A stretch of 64,000 nucleotides of DNA, from positions 96,001 to 160,000 of IMG/VR virus record IMGVR_UViG_3300028603_000001; one strand, given 5' to 3'. Under the pieces are notes generated by a model, which was not told where the DNA came from, searched no databases, and saw only the letters and a program-made list of their open reading frames with translations. The translations under genes were made by a program, and so were the position numbers. This document shows positions 20,098 through 29,467 of this stretch, one piece after another; within the stretch, counting starts at the first letter, position 1; each line of letters begins with the position of its first letter. Source of the DNA: a virus. Its lineage: Duplodnaviria > Caudoviricetes.

Positions 20098-20304
20098 GTG
20101 AGAAGTTTGAAATTATTTGTTAAAATTTTAATAACTTCTATTTTAGCGATAGGGTTTGTAACAGGTCTTGCTTATGTCGCATATATTCGTAGCGATATTA
20201 GCTTTATCCAATGCGTTCTTTACGTGTTAATTGCGGCAGGCATAGCATTAGGTTTTTGTGGTTTGATTGCATTGATTTGTAAAATGTGGTTTGATTGGAA
20301 TTAA
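20098..20304 (+). CDS. Small 2-TM membrane protein
   Basis: Two hydrophobic segments. Confidence 0.5.
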   Translation: MRSLKLFVKILITSILAIGFVTGLAYVAYIRSDISFIQCVLYVLIAAGIALGFCGLIALICKMWFDWN

Positions 20305-20333
20305 TAAGAACTTAAATAAAAGGAGGCACACAA

Positions 20334-20639
20334 ATGGGAGAAAACAAAAATGAAATTATAGAAAAAGAAAAGAATATAACGAAAGAAAAAACAAATCTGA
20401 TGAATAAAGAAAGAAAGCGTGATATTGACCAAGAAAAAGCGTTGTTATCTAAAATAGTTGATGCTTGGGAATGGTTTGTGAAATTACCAAGACAACACCC
20501 AAATGAACATGATGAGTTCGCTACCGGGATACATATATTGCAATATATAACAGGCATGAGGATATTACGAAAAGAACACCCTGAACTTTTTCCGATAAAA
20601 TATTTTGAAGATGATGAAAGTAATGAAAAGGAGGAATAA
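20334..20639 (+). CDS. Hypothetical protein
   Basis: SD AGGAGG; LPRQHPNEHDEF...IH motif. Confidence 0.6.
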   Translation: MGENKNEIIEKEKNITKEKTNLMNKERKRDIDQEKALLSKIVDAWEWFVKLPRQHPNEHDEFATGIHILQYITGMRILRKEHPELFPIKYFEDDESNEKEE

Positions 20640-20643
20640 AAAT

Positions 20644-20988
20644 ATGAGAAATAAAAATATAATGTTTGAATTAACTGATATAAGTATTCTATTACAATAT
20701 TTATATCAAAGTGAAGATCACGAGGTAAGAATTAGAAATCCTTTTGCTTATTTAAGATATAAAATGGATGAAGAATTGAATATTTTATGGTTTAATGAAA
20801 ATTTTCCTGAATTAGGTTGGGGATATGCTCAGTTATCTTTTCAAGAATTATTAGCTATTAAAAGATTTTTAGAAGAAAATGTTGAAGATATCAAATTTCC
20901 TGAACTCTTTAAAAACAAGTGGGAAGAAATAAAACAAATAACTTTAACTAATAGGATGTTAAATGATAATATTAAGGGGGTGAGTTAA
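20644..20988 (+). CDS. Hypothetical protein
   Basis: SD GGAGG before ATG 20644. Confidence 0.55.
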   Translation: MRNKNIMFELTDISILLQYLYQSEDHEVRIRNPFAYLRYKMDEELNILWFNENFPELGWGYAQLSFQELLAIKRFLEENVEDIKFPELFKNKWEEIKQITLTNRMLNDNIKGVS

Positions 20989-20989
20989 T

Positions 20990-22636
20990 ATAAAAACATT
21001 ATATAATTTTAAAAAATTTGTAGATGAAATTCTTGCAGATAATAGTAGAAATTATAAAATATCTGTACTTGAAAAATATAAAGATGATGAAGATATTAAA
21101 TATTATTTAGATTTTATTTTCAATCCTTTTATTACTACTGGAATATCAGATAAAAAATTAAACAGATTAACTGAAACAGATTACACAACAAAGTTAAATA
21201 CTATTAAAGATATTTTAGATTATTCTAAAACACATAATACAGGTAGTGATAAAGATTTATCAATAATATTTAGTAATCGAGATACTTTATTTGAAGATTT
21301 TGATCCTAAATCATTAGTTGACATTGAATATTTTAGAGATAAATTATTTGGTAATTTAAAAGTCCCTAAACAATTTTTTGAATTCACTGATGATGCAGCT
21401 GGATTTAGTGGAGGTTCTATATTATCAAGTAGATGTGATATTGAAGATAAAACAGTTAGATTAAATAAACTTAAATCGTTACTGGGTGATGCTATAGGTA
21501 ATCCAGAAGTTATTAGTTATATTCAACAATATATTGATGGGTTATTAGCAGAAAAAGAAAGAAAGCAAGAACAAGATTTTCAAGATTTAGATGCATCGCT
21601 ATATAATTTATTTAATAAAATTTTAATTAAAAATTTGCAACTAGGTGTTGATGTAAAAACTATAAATAAAGTAATTCCTAATTTAATACCGACATTTAAT
21701 GTTATGTTAGCAAATAAATATTTTGATGATGTAAAATTCGTAGAAGGAAAAGAATTTGCTTTAACTACTAAAATTGATGGTGGACGTATTGTTGCAATTA
21801 AGAAAAATGGCGATGTTAAATTCTATACTCGCTCTGGTCAATTATACGAAGGTCTAGTTGATTTAGAAGAAGAAATGAAATTATATATGCCTGATAACAT
21901 TATGTTAGATGGGGAAATTACTTTATTAAATGATTATGAAGTATTATATGATTTAAAATATAATGAACCCTGTATTGGTCATAAATTAACATCAAAAGAG
22001 CAATATAAAGAAACTATGAAAATCACTAGAAAAGATGGTGAAAAACATGGTGTTAAAATGTTAGTGTTTGATGGAATGTCTGTTGAAGATTTTGAAAATC
22101 AAACTAATAGTGTTCCATATATCAACAGAAGGGGTAAGCTTGAAGAGTTTTGGAACCATGCGGAAAACTGTGGACATAAAATGATTTACTTTGAATTACT
22201 TCCTATTCTGTATCGAGGAACCGACTCATCTGAAATCACTAAATGGCTCAACTACAGCATTGAACATGGTGAAGAAGGCGTTATGATCAACATATGTGAT
22301 GCTCCTTATGAGTTTAAGCGAACTAAAAACTTATTAAAAGTTAAAAAGATGGATACATTAGATTTACGTGTCATAGATTTAGAATGCGGGACAAATGCAA
22401 ATAGCGACAGACTAGGAGCTTTCATTTGTGAATATAAAGATGGTAATATTGTAAAAGTTGGAACTGGTATTTCCCAAGAGCTGCGAATTGAAATATGGAA
22501 CAATAAAAAAGACTGGTTAAATACTATTATTGAAGTACAATTTTTTGAAGAGACTGAAAATGCTAACGGTGGAAAATCACTTAGATTCCCGGTATATAAA
22601 GGTAGACGATTAGATAAAAATATTCCAGATTATTAA
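20990..22636 (+). CDS. lig: ATP-dependent DNA ligase, probable ATA start
   Basis: KIDGGR, LDGEI, FD, EGVM, LLKVKK and SLRFP motifs. Frame is open from ATA 20990 (SD GGGGGTGA) with a ligase-type N-terminus. Confidence 0.9.
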   Translation: MKTLYNFKKFVDEILADNSRNYKISVLEKYKDDEDIKYYLDFIFNPFITTGISDKKLNRLTETDYTTKLNTIKDILDYSKTHNTGSDKDLSIIFSNRDTLFEDFDPKSLVDIEYFRDKLFGNLKVPKQFFEFTDDAAGFSGGSILSSRCDIEDKTVRLNKLKSLLGDAIGNPEVISYIQQYIDGLLAEKERKQEQDFQDLDASLYNLFNKILIKNLQLGVDVKTINKVIPNLIPTFNVMLANKYFDDVKFVEGKEFALTTKIDGGRIVAIKKNGDVKFYTRSGQLYEGLVDLEEEMKLYMPDNIMLDGEITLLNDYEVLYDLKYNEPCIGHKLTSKEQYKETMKITRKDGEKHGVKMLVFDGMSVEDFENQTNSVPYINRRGKLEEFWNHAENCGHKMIYFELLPILYRGTDSSEITKWLNYSIEHGEEGVMINICDAPYEFKRTKNLLKVKKMDTLDLRVIDLECGTNANSDRLGAFICEYKDGNIVKVGTGISQELRIEIWNNKKDWLNTIIEVQFFEETENANGGKSLRFPVYKGRRLDKNIPDY

Positions 22637-22879
22637 TGCATATATACATTTAACCCTTGATTCTCCAATAGAATTTTAAGTTCTCTTAACGTTTACTAAA
22701 TGGTTAATAACTTAACATCTAATAAGAATTATTAGCAAGACAACTGAAATTTACAAAATTAAAAAAATAAATTGTATATTATTATATATAATTAAAAATA
22801 TAAAAAATCTTAGCGATAAGGTTTTTTATTAGCTAAATTATACACATCAGGTTATTATAATATGTACCTGTAAACTATT

Positions 22880-22962
22880 TTATAATTAAAAGCCACACCA
22901 CAGGCAACTGTGGGCCGGAAAGCCAGAGGGACTCTCAGTAGTCAGCCGTGCTGCAGAAAGAG
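22880..22962 (+). ncRNA. GEMM-I (c-di-GMP-I class) riboswitch
   Basis: GCCACA-CCACAG-GCAA-CTGTGG-GCCGGAAAGCC...GACT/AGTC-AGCCGTGCTGC: GNRA-capped P2, GAAAG junction and P3. Abuts the SD of the next gene. Confidence 0.85.
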
Positions 22963-22968
22963 GTAATT

Positions 22969-23538
22969 ATGAAAAACAAAAAAGAAAAAATTAATTTAAG
23001 AAAATTTTTATTTGTACTACCCTTGCTTTTATTAGCTCTAATCACAACAGTAGTAGCTACTTTTGCTTGGTGGAATACGTTAACAGTTGAAAAAGATTTT
23101 GATGGAACAATTGGTGACTCAGTCGTATTAAAATTAACAGCTGCTGATTTCAGTGGTGTTCTGGTTCCTGAAGATGTATATGATAATGACGAAGATATTT
23201 TAAATCAAGGTTGGGTAAAAGTATGGTCAACAAACTTAAACTTTACTGTCGATAGAACAGATACAACAGGTGATTCTTTTGTATTAACTATCACACCTGT
23301 TAAAATTTTTGTTGATGGAGTTGATCGAAGTTCTTATTTTGATTTGAAAATTTTAGATGGTGAAGATGATGACCTAAGCTATGATATTAATACTGCTAAA
23401 ACTTTAACGTTAAAATTAAGTTTTAGAGATATATTAGAAGAAGAACAAGAGGAGGTTAGAACAACATTCGCAGGATTCGCAGGGGAACAGTTAACTATAA
23501 CAATTGAAGCAAAAATCACAGCACAACCACAACCCTAA
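22969..23538 (+). CDS. Secreted protein with SipW-type signal peptide (TasA/CalY-like filament subunit candidate)
   Basis: Basic N-terminus, hydrophobic core, ATFA|WW cleavage motif, beta-rich body. Confidence 0.6.
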   Translation: MKNKKEKINLRKFLFVLPLLLLALITTVVATFAWWNTLTVEKDFDGTIGDSVVLKLTAADFSGVLVPEDVYDNDEDILNQGWVKVWSTNLNFTVDRTDTTGDSFVLTITPVKIFVDGVDRSSYFDLKILDGEDDDLSYDINTAKTLTLKLSFRDILEEEQEEVRTTFAGFAGEQLTITIEAKITAQPQP

Positions 23539-23637
23539 GCTTCCCCTTTTACTAATTTATTTATCATCAATGTTACTAATATCACATAGTTCACTATTGT
23601 TGATCAATGTATTTTTAAAGAGAAAGAAGGGGATATT

Positions 23638-24216
23638 ATGAGTAAAATCTTATCAACAATTCTTGCTGTATTTATTTTTATATCTTTTCTCTCAAGTACG
23701 GACATATACGCTTATTGGAATAATTTAGAAATAACATATACAGTTACCGCACAAATAGGTGTATGGGATTACAAAATAATCCCTGACGAATGGAATCTTA
23801 ATATCTGGGAAGATGAAGATAATTTAAATCAGACAATTCCTGAAAACCAGTTATTCTCCTATAATGGTTTATTATATGTTGTAAGAGAGGGTGAGGTATA
23901 TAACCCACATTGGCATGGATTACCAGGTGAACCAAATACACAATGGGCTTATGTATCCCTTGAATTAGAATGGAGACCAAATATGAATTATCGAACATTA
24001 TCAGTTGTTGTCAGAGAAGGAAGATATTTTATAGCTAATCCAGCTTATAACGATAATTGGTTTGTTGGAGACCCATTAAATTCAGCGAATAAAGCATGGT
24101 CAGAATGGAGAGAAATAGAACAACTTCCAGAATCATATTTTGGCTTCTTATTAGATTATCCAATGGTAAAAGATTATCGCGCTAATATAGCTGATGTTAT
24201 CTTTATAACTAATTAA
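23638..24216 (+). CDS. Secreted protein with SipW-type signal and Trp-rich CBM5/12-like modules
   Basis: IYA|YW...IGVW; WRPNMNY..VVREGRYFIA..GDP...W. Confidence 0.55.
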   Translation: MSKILSTILAVFIFISFLSSTDIYAYWNNLEITYTVTAQIGVWDYKIIPDEWNLNIWEDEDNLNQTIPENQLFSYNGLLYVVREGEVYNPHWHGLPGEPNTQWAYVSLELEWRPNMNYRTLSVVVREGRYFIANPAYNDNWFVGDPLNSANKAWSEWREIEQLPESYFGFLLDYPMVKDYRANIADVIFITN

Positions 24217-24230
24217 ACAAATTCAAATTA

Positions 24231-24256
24231 TAAATCTTGGGAAACCAAGGTTTTTT
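24231..24256 (+). terminator. Intrinsic terminator
   Basis: AATCTTGG-GAAA-CCAAGGTT plus T run. Confidence 0.7.
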
Positions 24257-24321
24257 AATTTAATTAATTGTATATTATTATGAATGAATAAATCATAAAA
24301 TATAAATTTTTGGAGGTTAAA

Positions 24322-26619
24322 ATGAGAGTATTATTATTAATGAGAGGTGCTCCTGGTTGTGGTAAAACGACATGGATTAAAAACCATAATTTAGAAGATT
24401 ATACGTTATCACCAGATGAATTAAGAATTAAATGTAGTTCTCTAGAATTACAACCAACAGGTGAATTAAAAGTTTCACAAAATCAAGAAAATGAAAGTGC
24501 TGTTTGGAGTATTTTATTTAAACTTCTAGAACATAGAATGTCTCGTGGAGAGTTTACTGTTATAGACGCCACATGTTCTAAAACGAAAGATATTAAACAA
24601 TATAAAGAATTAGCTGATCAATATAGATATAGAATGTATATAGTTGATTTCACAAAAGTATCTTTAGAAACATGCCTAAAACAAAATAAAATGAGACCAG
24701 AACATAAATGGGTTCCAGAGAGAGCTATTGAAAATATCTATGCTAGATTTGCAACACAACAAATTCCCAGTGGTGTAACCATTATTCAACCAGATGATTT
24801 TGATGCAGTATTAGAAAAACCATTTGATGTTTCTGAATATAAAAGAATAGTATTTATTGGAGATATTCATGGATGTTATGATACACTAATGCAATATCCA
24901 GATTTTAAAAATGGTTTAAGAGATGATACAGAATATATTTTCTTAGGAGATTATATTGATAGAGGCAATCAAAATGCAGAAGTGTTGCATTGGTTATTCT
25001 CTATTATGAATAAACCAAATGTATGTTTATTAGAAGGAAATCATGAGAAGTGGATCAGGGATTATGGAAATAGTGTTCCTGCTAAATCAAGGGAGTTTGA
25101 ACATAAAACAAAACAGCAATTAATGAGCGGTGGTTTTGATGAAAAAATGGCAAGGATGTTATACAGGAAAGTAAGACAATTCTCTCATATTACATGGAAT
25201 GGAATTGAAATTTTAGCTTGCCACGCAGGAATCCCACATTTACAACATAATCTATTGTATGTTCCATCTATTGATTTTATTCAAGGTGTTGGAAAATATG
25301 CTGATTATTTAGCAGTTGCTGAAACATGGATGGGCAAAACAAACTTAAATCAATATCTAATTCATGGTCATAGAAATGTTGAAGGTGACGAAACACAAAT
25401 TGCCGATAGAGTATTCAATTTAGAAGGTAGAGTTGAATTTGGAGGTAAGTTAAGAATTGTTGAATTATCAATGGAATATTTAATGCCTGAATATGGTTAT
25501 ACTGCTGATGGAGGAAGAATCCCAATAGGTGTTATCACAACTCCAAGCTGGAATGTTGTTGAGTTAGATGATTGCCAACCAATTACAAAAGAGTTAAATA
25601 CAGAGGAACGAAAAGTTGAAACAGTAGCAGATGCAATTACATATTTACAAAATAATAAATATGTTCAAGAAAAAGCACTAGGCGATGGAATATCTTCATT
25701 TAATTTTACTAGAGAAGCTTTTTTTAAAGGTAACTGGAATAGACAGACTGTTCTAGCTAGAGGTTTATTTATAGACACGAAGAATAAAAAAATTATGGCT
25801 AGATCATATAAAAAGTTCTTTAATATTAATGAAGTTAGAGAAACTGAATTAGTATCACTAAGAGAAAAATTGCAATTTCCTGTAACTGCATACGTTAAAG
25901 AAAATGGATTTTTAGCTATTGTTTCTTATGATTATATTAACGATGATTTATTTATAGCTTCTAAATCAACCAATAAAGGTCCTTATGTGGAGTATATTAA
26001 AAAAGCTATTGAACCTTATCGAGAAAGGTTATTAGAATACTTTAGAGAATTATATAAGAGAGCTAACGACATTAACGGTCAAATAGCTACATTTGTATTT
26101 GAATGTATAGATGTTGAAAATGACCCACATATAATCAAGTACAATGAAAGTAAATTAATTCTATTAGATGTTATATTAAATAGCTTAGATTATAAAGCAC
26201 TTAATTACAAAGAATTAAACCTTGTTGCAAAATTAATACCAGATTGTCCTGTAAAAGAAAAAGCTTTTGAAATAAAAGACTGGGATGCGTTTAGAGACCT
26301 TTATAATGAAATTCAATCAGAAGAGTATCAATATAATGGAAAATATATTGAAGGATTTGTATTTGTTGACGAAGCTGGTTTTATGACTAAGTGTAAAACA
26401 GGTTATTATAATCAATGGAAGAAATTAAGGGGAATTACAGATCAAACTTTAAGACGTGGATATATCACTAAAACTGGTATGCTAACAACTTCTTTAGAAA
26501 ATATGTATTATGGATTTTTAAAAGACTTATATAAAAATGATTATAATAAAGAAACAAAAATTTATCCATATAAAACAGATATTATATCATTAAGAGAAAA
26601 GTTCTTAAAGGAGAATTAA
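24322..26619 (+). CDS. Polynucleotide kinase-phosphatase-RNA ligase fusion (RNA repair)
   Basis: P-loop GAPGCGKT; metallophosphoesterase GDIHG, GDYIDRG, GNHE and HGH; Rnl1-like KFFN, KENG, EGFV and KCK. Confidence 0.9.
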   Translation: MRVLLLMRGAPGCGKTTWIKNHNLEDYTLSPDELRIKCSSLELQPTGELKVSQNQENESAVWSILFKLLEHRMSRGEFTVIDATCSKTKDIKQYKELADQYRYRMYIVDFTKVSLETCLKQNKMRPEHKWVPERAIENIYARFATQQIPSGVTIIQPDDFDAVLEKPFDVSEYKRIVFIGDIHGCYDTLMQYPDFKNGLRDDTEYIFLGDYIDRGNQNAEVLHWLFSIMNKPNVCLLEGNHEKWIRDYGNSVPAKSREFEHKTKQQLMSGGFDEKMARMLYRKVRQFSHITWNGIEILACHAGIPHLQHNLLYVPSIDFIQGVGKYADYLAVAETWMGKTNLNQYLIHGHRNVEGDETQIADRVFNLEGRVEFGGKLRIVELSMEYLMPEYGYTADGGRIPIGVITTPSWNVVELDDCQPITKELNTEERKVETVADAITYLQNNKYVQEKALGDGISSFNFTREAFFKGNWNRQTVLARGLFIDTKNKKIMARSYKKFFNINEVRETELVSLREKLQFPVTAYVKENGFLAIVSYDYINDDLFIASKSTNKGPYVEYIKKAIEPYRERLLEYFRELYKRANDINGQIATFVFECIDVENDPHIIKYNESKLILLDVILNSLDYKALNYKELNLVAKLIPDCPVKEKAFEIKDWDAFRDLYNEIQSEEYQYNGKYIEGFVFVDEAGFMTKCKTGYYNQWKKLRGITDQTLRRGYITKTGMLTTSLENMYYGFLKDLYKNDYNKETKIYPYKTDIISLREKFLKEN

Positions 26620-26620
26620 T

Positions 26621-26872
26621 ATGAGCCCACGAGAACATTATCCTGAATTAACAACTGAACAATATTTGAATCTTAAAATAGGAGATTCAATTAAATATTT
26701 ATATTATGTTTTAGGTAATTACATTGAGCGCGGTGACGGAAAAATTGCAAAATTAATAATTAAAGGTAGTTCAGTCGACGATGGTTTTTATGAATATAAA
26801 TATGATAATCAGGTTATTTTAAGTAATGGAGCTAAAGTAACTTATTGTGATATAACTGAAGTGATTGAATAA
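26621..26872 (+). CDS. Hypothetical protein
   Basis: SD AGGAG, follows the upstream stop closely. Confidence 0.55.
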   Translation: MSPREHYPELTTEQYLNLKIGDSIKYLYYVLGNYIERGDGKIAKLIIKGSSVDDGFYEYKYDNQVILSNGAKVTYCDITEVIE

Positions 26873-27080
26873 AAACCAGAGGCAATATTTAATAATTACT
26901 TGAATAGAAGAATAGAAGTAGGAGCTATGTTGACATAAAAAATTATGTAATTAATTATGAGATATAAATATCAAACCTGCTGGAAGCTAAATATATGATA
27001 AAAATATGTCTATAGTGTCAAGTTGAAGAATTTAAATTGTAAATAAATATATAATAATGATTAAGGAGAGAAGAAAATAA

Positions 27081-27389
27081 ATGAAGAAATCGAGTTATAA
27101 ATTAAAAGACTTTGATATAGATTATTCTAAAGTTGTTAAATTAATTTGGAATGATATTGTTTTATATGATGATACATTAAGTTATTATGACCCAACTTTA
27201 GCTAGTGTTGAAACATTGAAAGAAATAAAAGTACAGTATATGGATAAAAATATTTATAATATCAATATGAATATAAAAAATGGTCGTGATATCGTGTTGA
27301 CTATTTTAGGAGAAAATGTGTTGACTGCTTTGTCAAAGAGTAGAATAAATATGAAACATTCTATTGATTCTATTGGAGGAGAAAATTAA
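27081..27389 (+). CDS. Hypothetical protein
   Basis: ORF with SD; stop overlaps the dut start. Confidence 0.55.
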   Translation: MKKSSYKLKDFDIDYSKVVKLIWNDIVLYDDTLSYYDPTLASVETLKEIKVQYMDKNIYNINMNIKNGRDIVLTILGENVLTALSKSRINMKHSIDSIGGEN

Positions 27390-27820
27390 TGTTTAATGTA
27401 TTCGGTGTTATTTTAGATGAAGGTGCTACAAAGCCTAGAAGAGCTCATGATAGTGATGCTGGTTTTGATTTGTTTAGTAGAGAAGATGCTGTGATAAAAG
27501 CTAGAAGTTATAAGATATTTGATACTGGTGTGCATATAAATATATTACCTGGATATGTTGGATTTATTAAGTCAAAGAGTGGGCTAAACGTGAAACATTC
27601 TATTGTAGGTGAAGGTGTTGTTGATGCTGGGTATACAGGTTCTATTATTGTAAAATTATATAATCATGGGACTGATGATTATGTAGTAATGAAGGGTGAT
27701 AAAATATCTCAGATTGTATTCTTAGAGTTACCTGTAATTGAATTAAGACAAGTATTCGAAGAAAATTTTGGTGTATATACTGAGCGGGGTACTGCTGGAT
27801 TTGGTTCGACAGGAAGATAA
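27389..27820 (+). CDS. dut: Trimeric dUTPase
   Basis: AGFDL, KSG, GVVDAGYTG, ISQ and RGTAGFGSTG. Confidence 0.95.
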   Translation: MFNVFGVILDEGATKPRRAHDSDAGFDLFSREDAVIKARSYKIFDTGVHINILPGYVGFIKSKSGLNVKHSIVGEGVVDAGYTGSIIVKLYNHGTDDYVVMKGDKISQIVFLELPVIELRQVFEENFGVYTERGTAGFGSTGR

Positions 27821-27829
27821 TGACAAAAC

Positions 27830-27861
27830 AAAAAAGGCTATTTAAAATAACCTTTTTTTTT
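27830..27861. terminator. Bidirectional terminator at the convergence of the two arms
   Basis: AAAAAAGGCTATTT/AAATAACCTTTTTTTT. Confidence 0.7.
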
Positions 27862-27886
27862 ATAATTTAACTAATAATGCGAAGGT

Positions 27887-28123
27887 TTATTCTTCTTCAT
27901 CTTCGCTTTCTTCTAAATTAGGTTTCTCTAAATCAGATATATCTTCTTTAGTTTCTTCAATATTTGGTATTTCTGTTTCTTCATATTCATAATCAATAAT
28001 ACTATTTACATCAGTATATAAGATACCAGTTGTCTTGTTTCTTATATATACATTCTTATCACTATAATTTCTGTATATTATATCACCTAAAATATGTACA
28101 ACTTCTCTAACTATCATTTTCAA
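27887..28123 (-). CDS. Small tail-associated hypothetical protein
   Basis: Overlaps the stop of the adhesin gene; YSD...I...TG..Y....D pattern. Confidence 0.55.
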   Translation of the reverse strand: MKMIVREVVHILGDIIYRNYSDKNVYIRNKTTGILYTDVNSIIDYEYEETEIPNIEETKEDISDLEKPNLEESEDEEE

Positions 28124-29466
28124 TAACCTCCATCAATTAATCTTCTATATGGAGAACTTGTACTGTTTGGTAAAGCAGATATTAATTCTAATCTCTTACT
28201 ACCATATACTATTATACCTGCACCATTATCTATACGGGTTTTAGAATTGATACTTTGGGATAATGAATTACCATCAGTAGGATATACACTAGCATTCCAA
28301 GTAATAGTTGATAATGAGTAACAGTTGTAAAGAAAATAATTTCCTATACTTGTTATGTTACTTAAATCTAAAGGTTGGTTGAATGAAAAACATTGTCTAA
28401 AGAAATTATTTCCAATACTTGTTATGTTACTTAAATCTAACGGTTGGTTGAATGAATAACAGTTGTAAAGAAAAAAATTTCCTATACTTGTTATGTTACT
28501 TAAATCCAGTGGTTGGTTGAATGAGTAACAATAACTCAAAAAATAATCACTAATACTTGTTATGTTGCTTAAATCCAGTGGTTGATTAAATGAATGACAA
28601 TAATACATAAAATTAACACCAATACTTGTTATGTTACTTAAATCTAACGGTTGATTAAATGAATGACAATAATACATAAAATTATTACCAATGCTGGTTA
28701 TGTTGCTTAAATCCAGTGGTTGATTAAATGAATAACAATAATTCATAAAAAGACCACCAATGCTGGTTATGTTACTTAAATCCAGTGGTTGATTAAATGA
28801 ATAACAATAATACATAAAATTAGCACCAACGCCGGTTATGTTACCAACTAAAGTATTTAGCACTTGATAACTATAAATTGTATTCCACGAATTTGAATTA
28901 GAAGAAAAAATAGGTGGACCAGCAGTTTCAATGAATTTATAATTTATGTCAATAGTTCCTTCACTACCATCAGGCATAATATTAGTATAAGCAAAAGTTA
29001 AACAGTTTGTGCCTGTTATATTTTCACCATAGTGTGCGTGTAGACCTTTGTATGTTAGTGTTTGATTTCCTTTAGTAAGAGTAATAGTAAAGTTTTTTAA
29101 AGATGATACATCACTAGATACATCAAATTCAACTAATACTTCTTTTGTTCCATTATTGGTAATAGTTGCTCTTCCTTCTAATCCTGAAATAGTAATATCA
29201 TAATCATTAGATTTGTAAATATGATTTACTTCTTTTTCGTTAACATTATCTTTATACGTTAATGGGATAGTAGCACCTGTAAATAATCCACTTGCTGAAG
29301 TTGTAGGAAATTCACCACTACCATTTCCACCACCTGATATTTCTAAAATTTTTGTGTGATAATCAGTAAACGGAACATCTTCCATCGCAACACCTTTATC
29401 AACTATCGCCTGTTTAATATTTTGTTTAACAGTATTTAATACTAATAACTTATCACTTATTGCCAT
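28120..29466 (-). CDS. Tail fibre/adhesin with BspA/DUF285-like leucine-rich repeats
   Basis: N-terminal KQNIKQAIVDKGV fibre-type segment; seven copies of SFNQPLDLSNITSI. Confidence 0.75.
   Translation of the reverse strand: MAISDKLLVLNTVKQNIKQAIVDKGVAMEDVPFTDYHTKILEISGGGNGSGEFPTTSASGLFTGATIPLTYKDNVNEKEVNHIYKSNDYDITISGLEGRATITNNGTKEVLVEFDVSSDVSSLKNFTITLTKGNQTLTYKGLHAHYGENITGTNCLTFAYTNIMPDGSEGTIDINYKFIETAGPPIFSSNSNSWNTIYSYQVLNTLVGNITGVGANFMYYCYSFNQPLDLSNITSIGGLFMNYCYSFNQPLDLSNITSIGNNFMYYCHSFNQPLDLSNITSIGVNFMYYCHSFNQPLDLSNITSISDYFLSYCYSFNQPLDLSNITSIGNFFLYNCYSFNQPLDLSNITSIGNNFFRQCFSFNQPLDLSNITSIGNYFLYNCYSLSTITWNASVYPTDGNSLSQSINSKTRIDNGAGIIVYGSKRLELISALPNSTSSPYRRLIDGGY
28310..28840 (-). repeat. 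69-bp coding tandem repeat (23 aa), 7 full copies plus a partial
   Basis: Near-identical DNA units such as ACTTGTTATGTTACTTAAATC. Confidence 0.9.
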
Positions 29467-29467
29467 A

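Noticed and set aside
28310-28840. Possible CRISPR array or DGR variable region
   Set aside because: Repeats are in-frame 69-bp coding units without unique spacers. No cas gene, reverse transcriptase or template repeat is in the window.
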